Translations under genes and position numbers: made by a program
The notes under the pieces: model-generated
What the model was told of the DNA's origin: nothing
The model's input: only the letters and a program-made list of their open reading frames with translations
Database searches by the model: none
NCBI RefSeq assembly: GCF_018350175.1
Contig: NC_058368.1
Coordinates: forward strand, 100,566,001-100,630,000
Length of the DNA: 64,000 nucleotides
Direction of reading: 5' to 3'
From: Felis catus
Taxonomy: Eukaryota
Part shown: piece after piece, positions 37,772 through 48,153 of the stretch
Layout of the letters: each line of letters begins with the position of its first letter
Numbering within the stretch: the stretch's first letter is position 1

Positions 37772-37980
37772 CTATATAAGAACATACATATATACGCATG
37801 CACACATATAAGAATATATATGCACACACATACACCACACACATACATAAGGATATATACACATGCACATATATAAGGATACATATGCACACCTGTATAA
37901 ATATATATACGAGCACCTATATAAGGATATGTAAATACACATCTATGTAAGAATGTTATATACGCACACCTATATAAAGA
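37374..37980. repeat. (TA)n/(TG)n/(CA)n microsatellites and a degenerate tatataag(a/g)ata array, interrupted by a SINE
   Basis: Directly visible alternating purine-pyrimidine runs with a recurring core. Confidence 0.9.
37469..37666 (+). mobile_element. Can-SINE
   Basis: ggggcacctgggtggctcag head, (CT)-rich segment and tail. Confidence 0.92.
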
Positions 37981-38055
37981 TGGAACTATAATAACACCAT
38001 TTAAGTCTCCATGTAGGTCTATGTCCATATCCATCAAGAAACATTTGTTGTATAC

Positions 38056-38244
38056 TTTTTAAAGTTTATTTATTTATTTTGAGGGAGAGAGTGAGCAGGG
38101 GAGGGGCAGAGAGAGAGGGAGAGAGAGGTTCAGTGCTGTCAGCACAGCACCCAATGCAGGGCTCAAACTCACAAACCGTGAGATCATGACCTGAGCCAAA
38201 ATCAACAATCAGACACTTAACCTACTGAGCCACCCAGGCACCCC
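38056..38244 (-). mobile_element. Can-SINE
   Basis: Reverse head ctgagccacccaggcacccc. Confidence 0.92.
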
Positions 38245-38379
38245 AAGATATATCTTGCTTATTGTCTTTATTTGATATTAAGATAAATGAATTATGAGTC
38301 ATTCTAATGTGGTTAGTGTTTTTGAGCTTTAAATTATAGCTTTTTTGTCTCCTCGATGGATTGCATGATTTTCTCTCAT

Positions 38380-39480
38380 GAGCTGTTAATTAAAATTTCT
38401 GGCCGGTCTATTTATAAGCTTTTCTACTTAAATGGTCCTTTTTCCACATCTGTACCTGTTCACTTTATTTAAGGACAAGAGCCTTTGCGTTAATTTCCTG
38501 TTCTGTTGCCAAAGTTAACCTCCCGGGGTTTTTAAAAATGTGAGTCTTTACACTGTGACAGCACAAAGGCACGGGGTAAAGAAGAGAGAATGGTTCTGCT
38601 TCTCCCCGCCCACTGTTACACCTACCCGCACCAAAGCCAGACTCGGGTTTTATGTTGGCCCGTGGGGATTTTGCATGTGCCTGTGCGTGCAAAGTGGTGC
38701 AAAAAAGTACAGAGTTGGAGAGGGCACGCTGACCTGAGGAGAAGGGGGGGAATTGTGCCCCCAACAAAATGTGCAGTTGTTAGGAGACGCGCCATAACTT
38801 TTGCCCCCACGGCTGGTTGTGGCAGAGCCTGTAGGTGAGTAGCGCCCAGCACTGTGAAGCATTAGGTTTTTAGAAGTGAAGTTAAACTGATAAATTAGAC
38901 CTCATTTATTGAACAGCAGTTAGAGCCGATTGCCTAGGGAGTCGTTTGACACCTTTGAAGACCCTGCTAACTTAATTGGTGATAGTTTGGGGGCTGCAGG
39001 AAACATTTAAGCCAGGAGCAGCAGGACACCGTGCCGCATGAAAATGGAGAAGACAAGCATTCTCTCTGACAAGGGGAGTCATATATAGATTTTTGTGTCC
39101 ATTGTTTTCGCTTATTTGTGTGTGTGCTTTACTCAGTCAATCAAATATAATTGACACCACTGGGTTCTGTTGTTTTGTAGATGACAGGAACTAATGCAAG
39201 GGGAAAAAGCTGGAAGTAAACTTCCCCCTGAAACGCTGTGAAAAGGTTTTTCCACCCAGCCGTGACATTTTTTGCTCAATTGTATTAATTGATGTAGTGA
39301 CAAGGCACTTGGAAAGATGATGGATACTGATCACTGCACCCTTTTTAAGGTTGGGTTATATCTTGCTATTAGCATAAGCACTTGTTTGTGCAAGGAATGA
39401 ACAGTAGCCAGACAGAACAAAAGAAAAAATAAGACAGCAGCTTACCTGCGAGACGCACCTGACAGAAGCAGAGCATTGAC
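38380..39480. promoter_or_regulatory. Candidate cis-regulatory island
   Basis: Repeat-free. MEF2-type CTATTTATAAG 38408-38418, GC box ccccgccc near 38604, AG|GTGAGT at 38835, TCF/LEF CCTTTGAAG 38952-38960, several TAATT cores. Confidence 0.35.
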
Positions 39481-39911
39481 TTGGGTGCCAAGGCCGCGCT
39501 GGCGATGAGCGCTTCGTCAGAGCCAAGATCCCACTTTAGAGCTCAACATTCTCCAACCCTAGTCCTGTGGCCCTTGAGGAGGTCCTGCCCCAGTTTTTTA
39601 ATCACTTGCCCAGAGCAGCAAATAACTGTAAGAGTTTTTCTTAAAGTCTCAAGTGTTTAAGTGCCAGGACCGAAGAGGGAACCCTACTGGCATTGAGGCA
39701 CCCTGGGACTAGTCCTGCCAAATTATTCAGGCAAGGGGAGCTGTCGGTTTCGGGATGCTCATTTCTCAGAGCCTATGACAGTGGCAATGATGCGTTAGAG
39801 TAAGCCACATGGCTTAGCGAGACCTTGCCAGGGATGAAATTACTTTGCTCATGGATAGAGTTCTTCAGAGAGGACCTTGAATACGAAAAAAGAGAGATGC
39901 AGAGCAAGGAG

Positions 39912-39963
39912 TTTTGTTTTTGTTTTTGTTTTTTTTGTTTTTTTCTTTTTTTCTTTTTCTTCT
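39912..39963. repeat. T-rich simple repeat, (TTTTTG)n-like
   Basis: Directly visible. Confidence 0.85.
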
Positions 39964-40569
39964 GTAGAAGTCTCCCTGCAGGTTGCAGGAATAATCCGTG
40001 TTCATTTGAGGTATCCGGAGTCGCATGCTCTCACCTCAAGTCTTCCTTGGACCCTCTCCGGGGTGTGAATCACCTTGAGTTGTCTGAATTTATCCTCAAT
40101 TCATAGTGCAAGTGCGTTTCCACCCACACGTGGAAAATTCAGTTCATTTTAACATTTAATTCCATTAGTTGATGGGATTCATTCGAGTGCTTTCCGTAAT
40201 TTCTGTCGTTTGGCATATAAATTTTGGATTGCTTCATTCAATATCAGAAAACTTGGAGGGCTGGAGTAAGGATTAAGGGGAAGTGTCCATCATCCGAAGC
40301 TAGATGAATGGTTCAAGTAGGGTGGAAGCCCAGGCGTCACCGTTGTTTCAAAAATATTTCAAGAAAGCATTTTATAAACCTCATCACGGAAGAATTGCCA
40401 CAATACATTCTGAGCAAAAAGCGAAACTCAGTTTTCTGAAACAAATCCAGATACCTTCCTCTTTTTCAGGCATCAGTAGAGTCATGGAAAGTGTCCAGGA
40501 GAAATATCTAGAAGGTCTAGTCATTGTGGGTACTTCATGCTGTTCCTTGCAGAAAATCCATGCAATTTT

Positions 40570-41080
40570 TCATTCATTCATGCATCCATTTACTCATTCT
40601 GTCATTTATTGAGCACCTGCTATGCACAAGTACTGGGGATGTAACAATAAGGAAAAAATATGACATCTCTGCCCTCCTGGATCATTCAGTGTAATCTAAG
40701 AGACAGGCGTTAATCAGATGACAAAACCCAAGTAAACTTAAAGTAAATTTAAAATGAGGCACGTGTTCTGAATGAGAGGTAAGTGGTCCTATGAGAGTTT
40801 ATCATTGGGAAACTTTACCTGAAATGAGGGTTCAGGGAAGTCTTCACTAAGGAAATAATGACTCACCTGAGATGTGAAAAATGAAGTGACTTACACAGGA
40901 AGAGTTGAGGGCAGGAAGGAAAAGGAGAACAGCTCAGTCACCAACACATGGGAAGAGGGACTACTTCAGTTCTAGGAACTCAAATAAGCCAGGATTGCTG
41001 TCACACAGGGAGTAACAGTCTGTGTGACAGGGGCCAAGTGAGCTACGGCCATGATAGACAGGAGCTAGACCAAACCGAGG
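40570..41080 (-). mobile_element. L2 3' end
   Basis: (cattcatt)n tail, atttattgagcacctgctatg..tactggggat..ctctgccctc.tgg..tcagggaag.cttc.ctaaggaa. Confidence 0.85.
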
Positions 41081-42419
41081 CAAATAGCTTTAAAATAATG
41101 GTATCACGTAGATATATTGTCTTCCACCAAACTGCCCTCCTTATTGACCTTTTACTATTTTTGTTTTTGAGATCTAGTCTAGTGGTAATAGGTTTTCCAA
41201 ATAGCAGTCGGGAGGCTACCTTTACCAGAGAGTCCTAAAAACACTTGCTGTCGCAAGAGCCAGGGCAAGGGCATTGACTGAAAGGAGCCGCGCAGGCTCT
41301 CGGTGGCTAGGAGATTCCAGGATAGCAATGCAGGTTTCCCTTTGAAGTGAAATGAACCTTTATCTTTGACTTTATGCCTTCATTTCCATTTGGGAAAAGA
41401 TTCAGAGTAATTTCACAGTGAAGAATTTGCCAGAGGGGTACAATTATACTACAGCAAGAAGCAGCCATCTTGGATTGTGTTCTCCATACCACTAATGGGC
41501 AAAATCCTTTTTGTTTTTTAAAAAATATAAGGAGTGAGACTTTTCCTGGAATCCTTGCTCCCAAGACCCTTCTAGAGAGAATCTACTGGCAGAGGAACAA
41601 GTCTTGGCTGTCACTCATTGCTGGCACCTTGGGTGTGGTGACAGCAGTGACAGAAAGATAGAGCAGAGACAGTGGTTGGTCCTCAGAGAGAAGCTGCTTG
41701 TTACCACCAGCAGCCCTTGACCACTGTCGTCTTTAAATTCCTATAAAAAGTGAAATGTAAAGGCATGAAAGTCATCTGTGTCTGGCAATTAAGTCCTGAA
41801 AAAGAAAACTGAACATGAATATGATCCCCTTGGTAGAGATTCCTGGTGCAAAGACATGTCTTCCTGGGCAAGCTAACATACTGCACTGGACTTGAACATC
41901 TTCCAGTCAAAGAGTATGGAACTGACCATTCACAGGTCTGCTTGATAAGACATTTAAGAAGGAGACTTAATTAGCAGAAAACAAGTTCAACAGAGATCAA
42001 ACTGACCACACACCTTTGGCAACAAGCCACCTGGTGTCCTGTAGGATCGGTCAAGTTTCATTTGTTTCCCTACACACGCTCGACCTTACATGCCTGTATG
42101 GTGTTCAGAAGCCCCCCATTCCAGGGAAGCCTATCTCGTCACTGTCCACGACCCATACCATGTTCTCCTTCCTATCTCCACACATTTCTATGGGTTTTTC
42201 CTCTGCCTGAAATGGCTTACACCCCCACATCATCCTGCCTAGCTCGTTAGACCCTGTATGGCCAAGAGGTTCCACCCAAATCCCTTTCTTCTTGGTGTAT
42301 CCTTTCACTCCCCCACCTACTCTAGTTCTTTCTCCTTTCTGGTTTGAATGACAACTCAGTGTGTTCATCTGACCTACCCAACAAGACTGTAAACGTAACA
42401 GAGTAGTACATTCCAATGA

Positions 42420-42788
42420 TGATTAGTTATCTGTTGCTGCGTCACAAACCACCCCCAAATGTTTGGTGGTTTAAGCAACACCCGTTTACCAACAACCATT
42501 GTTTACAAGTCTGCAGGTCAAGGGTATGGCTCTGTTGATCTGGGCCAGGCTTGGGTGATCTCTGCTACATTCCTAGCAGTCAGCTGCAGGTTAAGTGGAT
42601 GGATCCAGTGATCTTGGCTGGGCTGTCCAAATCTCTGTGGCCTTGGATGGGACAGCTGGCTGATTGGACTCTGACTCAGAGAGCTCTCTGTCTACGGGTT
42701 AAGCTGGAGGCCTTGTTCACCTGGTGAAGGTCCTAAGAGAAGGAGGCCTAGGTTTAGCTTGGACATTGTCACTTCATTCTATTGGCCG
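42420..42788 (-). mobile_element. MLT1G/H-type MaLR LTR
   Basis: attagttatctgttgctgcgtcacaaaccacccc.aaa..gtggtttaagcaaca..ctctgttgatctgggccaggct..tgtcacttc.attctattggcc. Confidence 0.75.
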
Positions 42789-43239
42789 CATATGTGCACC
42801 TAAACACATACAAAATAGACACAAATAATGAATATATATAACAACAGGGCTGTTACGTGGATTCCGTACTTAACTTACATATGGCCAAGGGAAATGCTGT
42901 GGGTCCCCTTCTGACACTAACCTTTGTCCATATCATTTGCCATCCCCTTCTTTGGTTCAGGCCGGTCCACGATGCACTGATTTACGCTGAACCACAATAA
43001 AATGGCTACTTCCTTAATATAACTGAGAATTTTAGATTTTCTGGAATTTAAGTTTACACCCTACTATAAGGTTTCCATCGAATTACATATGATTCCTTCT
43101 CACTGCTGCTATCAAAATCTGTGCTAATGCCAGAAAAAAGAAAAAAGATCAGAAGCATGGCTCAGGTTCTGTACATAGGCCTGCCCTACGTCCCTGCATA
43201 TGCCCCAAACCATCCATTTATCTGGCTTCCTTTTTACTT

Positions 43240-43298
43240 TTTGTTTTTTAACGTTTACTGACTTATTTTTGAGAGAGCACGCAAGTGAAGGAAGACAT

Positions 43299-43335
<37 letters not shown>

Positions 43336-43461
43336 CCTGAGCAGGCTCCACTCTGTCCTCACACAGCCTGATGGGGGGCTCGATCTCGCGAACAGTGAGA
43401 TCATGACCTGAGCCAAAATCTGGAGTTGGACACTTAACCGGCCTAGCCACCCGGGTGCCTC
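43240..43461 (-). mobile_element. Can-SINE
   Basis: Reverse body gagatcatgacctgagccaaaatc with (GA)n. Confidence 0.9.
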
Positions 43462-43929
43462 TTTACTTTTAACAAAAGTTCCTCTTTACTTTTAACAAAA
43501 ATAAATATTTGTGTCCTGGGAGCTTCCCAAAAGGCCCTCTTCCCACCAGGAATTGGTTCTTTAACTTGATATGTACTTTGTCCTTCACATTCCCCTTTCC
43601 ACCACCGCCCCCCTTTCCAGAGCCCTAGCTAAAATTGCCTACTTCTTATTTTGCGAGGATTTTGCTGCATAACTTAATTCCTATATCTGTTCTGGCAGGA
43701 ATTGTGTTTTATATATCGCTTTCGTCCACGCTGTGAAAGTTAGCACTGTCAACAAGCATATGATTATAGATCTAAATCTTTGGTAAAGACACAGGTTGGG
43801 AATGTCCTCCAAACACTGGGTTGGACCAACCAGCTTGAAATCATTATTTCATGACAAATTCTGTAAAAGAAGGGGACTAAAAGTCACAGCTTGCGAGTCT
43901 AGGTTCCTCCTGTTTCTTTCCGGTCCACA

Positions 43930-44258
43930 ACTGCAGTGTTAAACAAGACACACATGGTCCCTGTCGGTAAAGAGCTTATTCTAAAGGAGGAAAACACACA
44001 AACACACACAAAAACAAACTCTAGGAAGAAAATCAAAGTGGGTGATGTGGCAGACCCTGCCTGGAGGCGGTGTTAGTCCGTGCACCAGGAAAAGGGTTCA
44101 CTAAGGACATAACATTTCATGTGAAGCCCAAGGAGGAAACCAGTTAAGCAAAGAGCAGAGGAAAGCACGTGTCACAAGGAAGAAACCACTTTTGCAAAGG
44201 CCCTACTGTAGATACCACATCAGGGTGTCTGGGGAACAGCAAGCGAGGCGGGACTGCA
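43930..44258 (-). mobile_element. L2 fragment
   Basis: aacaagaca.acatggtccctg..gagcttattcta..tgcaaaggccct..ggaacagcaag.gaggc. Confidence 0.7.
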
Positions 44259-44274
44259 TGTGTGTAATGGCTCC

Positions 44275-44712
44275 CGTGGCAGGTCTGGTGATCCTGGAAG
44301 TAGATCCAAGACCAAATTAGAAAAGCATGAGAGGTATTAAGGGTGTTGCCCTCGGAATAGGAGAGAAGCAGCAGGTAAAGGCTGATCCACCTTCAGATCA
44401 TGATGTGCGTCTGACACCTGTGGGAGGAGAGGGACAGGGAAGGAGGATGAAGTAGGAAAAGCTTCAGACCGCCATGCAGAGCGGAGGGCATTTCAGCCAG
44501 GTCACAGGGGGTAGAGGAAACGTTGCCCATCAGAGGGCTTCCATGTTGGGCAGCAACGGCCCCGCGCCAGCGCCCCTGCTGTGTTGAGTCCCTAGCTGAG
44601 AGCAGCACGGGGAAAGCATGGCCACAGTGTGACTGCGGTAGCAGCGGGAGCTTCCTTCCCTTCAGGTTGTCTCTAGAAGGGACATCTGAGTGGCACACCT
44701 CCTTGACTGACA
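44275..44712 (-). mobile_element. LTR16A-type ERVL solo LTR
   Basis: The reverse strand starts tgtcagtcaaggaggtgtgccactcagatgtcccttc and includes cacaggtgtcagac..tgatctgaagg, the LTR16A order as recalled. Confidence 0.78.
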
Positions 44713-45634
44713 TAATGGCTTCAGATCTTCTTAGTAAACCGACTTAGCATGCCAATCTGCCGGGAAGAGAGAATCTTAAAGTACACGTACTATATTACTT
44801 TACTTTATTGTTTCCCACTTGGGGGGTAATTTTGCCCCTGGAGGGGGGGGGTGGATATTTGGTGATGTCTGGAGATATTTCGATTCACATCAAGTGGTGG
44901 GGGAGGGCTGACATCTGGAGAGTAGAGGCCACGTACACTGCTAACTATCTTCCAGTGTACAGGGTAGCCCCCCATGACAAAGAATTCTACGCATGCCTTG
45001 TTGTATTGTGCTTTGCTTTATGGTTCTTCACTGATGCTGCATTTTTCACAAACCGGAGGGTCATGGCACCCACGTGTTGAGCAAGATTGTCAGCACCCTT
45101 TCTCCAACGACATTTGCTCACTTTGTGTCTCTGTGTCACATTTGGTAATTCTCACAGTATTTCAGACTGTGCTTACGTCTCATGCTTACTTTGTTGCAGA
45201 GATCTATGGTCAGTGATCTTTGATGTTACTGTTGTAAACATTTGGGAGCACGACGAACCACACCCATGAAAGATGGCAATGGCAAACTTAACCAGTAATT
45301 GTTGTATATGTTGTGACTCCACAGACCAGCCGCCATTCCTCCATCTCTCTCCCTCTCTCTCTCTCTCTCTCTTTCTCCCTCTCTCCCTCTCTCTCCCTCC
45401 CCTCCTTAGCCTCCCTGTTCGCTGAGACACAACAATATTGAAATTAGGCCAATGAATAACCCTACAATGGCCTCTAAATGTCCAAGTGAAAGAGTCACAT
45501 GATTCTCACTTTAAATCAAAAGCTGTAAATGATGAAGCTTAGTGAGAAGGCATGTCAAATGCTGAGACAGGCTGAAAGTTTGGCCTCTTGTATCACATAG
45601 CTAGTCAAGTTGTGGATGCAAAGGAAGAGTTCTT

Positions 45635-45851
45635 TATTTTTTTTAATCCTTATTTATTTTTGAGAGAGAGAGAGAGAGAGAGAGCATGAACAGGGGAGGG
45701 GCAGAGAGAAAGGGAGACACAGAATCCAAAGCAGACACCAGGCTCTGAGCTGTCAGCACAGAACCCAACATGGGGCTTGAACTCATGAGCTGTGAGATCA
45801 TGATCTGAGCCGAAGTTGGATGCTTAACCAACTGAACCATCCAGCCGCCCC
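45635..45851 (-). mobile_element. Can-SINE in Tigger1
   Basis: 18-bp TSD tgcaaaggaa(g/a)agttctt at 45617-45634 and 45852-45869. Confidence 0.95.
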
Positions 45852-46456
45852 TGCAAAGGAAAAGTTCTTGAAGAGAAATAAAAATGTTATTCCAGTGAAC
45901 ACACGAATGATAAGAAAGTGAAACAGCCTTATTGCTGATAGAGAGAGAGTTTGAGTGGTCTGGATAAAAGATCAAACCAGACACAACATTCCCTTAAACC
46001 AAAGCCTAATCCAGAGCAAGACCCTAACTCTCTTCAATTCCATAAAGGCTAGAAGAGGTGAAGGCCCTGCAGAAGAAAGTTTGAAGCTAGAAGAGGTTGT
46101 TTCATAAGACTTGAGGAAAGAAGGTATCTCCATAAAATACAAGTACAAGGAGAAGCAGAAAATGCTGATGTAGAAGCTGCAGCAAGTTTTCCAGAAGATT
46201 CAGCTAAGATCATTCATGAAGGTGGTCACACTAAACAACAGATCTTCAATTGCAGTTGAAACAGCCTTATACTGGAAGAAGATGCCATCTGGAAGAAGGT
46301 GTCAGCTGGAGAGGAGAAGTTGTTATCTTGGCTTCAAACCTTCAAAAGACACACTGACTCTTGCTAGGGGCTCATGCAGCTGCTGACTTTAAGTTGCAGC
46401 CAGTGCTCACTGACCATTTCTGAAAATCCTATGGCCCTTAATAATTATGCTAAATC

Positions 46457-46813
46457 GGGGTGCCTGGCTGGCTTGGTCTATAGAGCATGTGACTCGATCT
46501 CGGGGTTGTAGGTTCGAGCCCCACATGGGGTGTAGAGACTACTTAAAATCTTGGGGTGCCTGGGTGGCTCAGTCAGTTGAGCGTCTGACTTCAGCTCAGG
46601 TCATGATCTCTCAGTCTGTGAGTTCAAGCCCCGCGTCAGGCTCTGTGCTGACAGCTCGGAGCCTGGAGCCTGCTTCAGATTCTGTGTCTCCCTCGCTCTC
46701 TGCCCCTCCCCTGCTCATGCTCTGTCTCTCTCTGTCTCTCTCTCTCTCTGTCAAAAATAAATAAACATTAAAAATTTTTTTGAATAAATAAATAAAATCT
46801 TAACCAAAAAAAG
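46457..46813 (+). mobile_element. Short tRNA-Lys-like Can-SINE in Tigger1, hosting a nested SINE
   Basis: TSD ttatgctaaatc at 46445-46456 and 46814-46825. Confidence 0.9.
46553..46792 (+). mobile_element. Felid Can-SINE nested in the tail of the short SINE
   Basis: TSD taaaatctt at 46544-46552 and 46793-46801. Confidence 0.94.
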
Positions 46814-47117
46814 TTATGCTAAATCTATTCTACCTATGCTCTATATATAGAACAACAAAGCCTGGGTGACAGCACATCTGTGTATAACATGATTTACTGA
46901 ATATTTTAAGCCCACTGTTGAGACCTGCTGCTCGGAAAAAAAAGATTCCTTTCAAAATACGACTGCTCATTGACAATACGCTCGGTCACCCAAGAGGCCT
47001 GATAAAGATGTACAATGAGATTCATGGTGTTTTCAGGCCTGCTAACACAACATCCATTCTGCAGCCAAGGAGTCATTTCGACTTTCAAGTCTTATTGTTT
47101 AAGAACTACATCTCATA

Positions 47118-47306
47118 GGGTGTCTGGGTGGCTCAATCTGTTAAGCATCCAACTCTTGATTTCAGCCTAGGTCATGATCTCACGTTCGTGGGTTCAAGCC
47201 CTTCGTCAGACTCCATGCTGAGCGTAGAGTCTGCTTGGGATTCTCTCTCTGCTCCTCCTCTTCACACTCTCTGTCTCTCTCAAAATAGATAAATAAAGTT
47301 TAGAAA
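47118..47306 (+). mobile_element. Can-SINE in Tigger1
   Basis: Diverged TSD aagaactacatctcata / gaggaatacatttcata. Confidence 0.92.
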
Positions 47307-47929
47307 GAGGAATACATTTCATAAGGCTACATCTGCCATAGATAGAAATTCCTCTGATGACTCTGGACAAAGTAAATTGAAAACCTTCTGGAAAGGATTT
47401 ACCATTCTAGATGTCATTAAAAATATCCGTGATTCATGGGAAGATGTCAAAATATCAACATTCATAGAAGTTTGGAAGAAGTTGACTCCCACCCTCATGG
47501 ATGACTGTGGGGGGGTTCAAGACTTCAGTGGAGGAAGTTACTGCAAATGTGGTAAAAACAGCAGGAGAACTAGCATTAGAAGTGGATTCTGGAGATGGGA
47601 CTGAATTGCTAGAATCTCGTGATAAAACGTGAACAGAGGAGGAGTTGCTTCTTAGGAATGAGCAAAGTCAATGGTGCCTTGAGATGGAATCTACTCCAGG
47701 TGAAGGTGCCATGAATATTATTGAAATGACCACAAAGGATTTAGAATACGACATATGCTTGCTTGATAAAGCAGCAGCAGGGTTTGAGAGGGTTGACTCC
47801 AGCTCTAAAAGAAATCCTAGTGTGAGTAAAACGCTATCAAACAGCATCATATGCCACAGAAGAACCATTGCTGAAAGGAAGAGTCAGTCAATGCATCAGA
47901 CTTCATTGTTCTTCATTTAAGAAATTGCT

Positions 47930-48153
47930 GGGGCTCCTGGGTGGCTCAGTTCATTCAGCATCCAACTCTTGGTTTGGGCTCAGGTCGCGGTCTTGCAGTC
48001 CGTGGGTTTCAGCCCCGCATCGGCTCCATGCTGACAGTTGACAGTGTGGAGCCTCCTTGGGATTCTCTTTCTCCCTCTCTCTCTGCCTCTCTCTCACTCT
48101 CTCTCTCTCTGTCTCTCTGTCTCTCTCAAATAAACTTACCCAAAAAAAAGACA
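47930..48153 (+). mobile_element. Can-SINE in Tigger1
   Basis: TSD aag(a/g)aattg. Confidence 0.92.

Noticed and set aside
37519..38037. 172-aa ORF, the longest in the track
   Set aside because: Low-complexity Y/I/C/V translation of TA/CA repeats running into a SINE.
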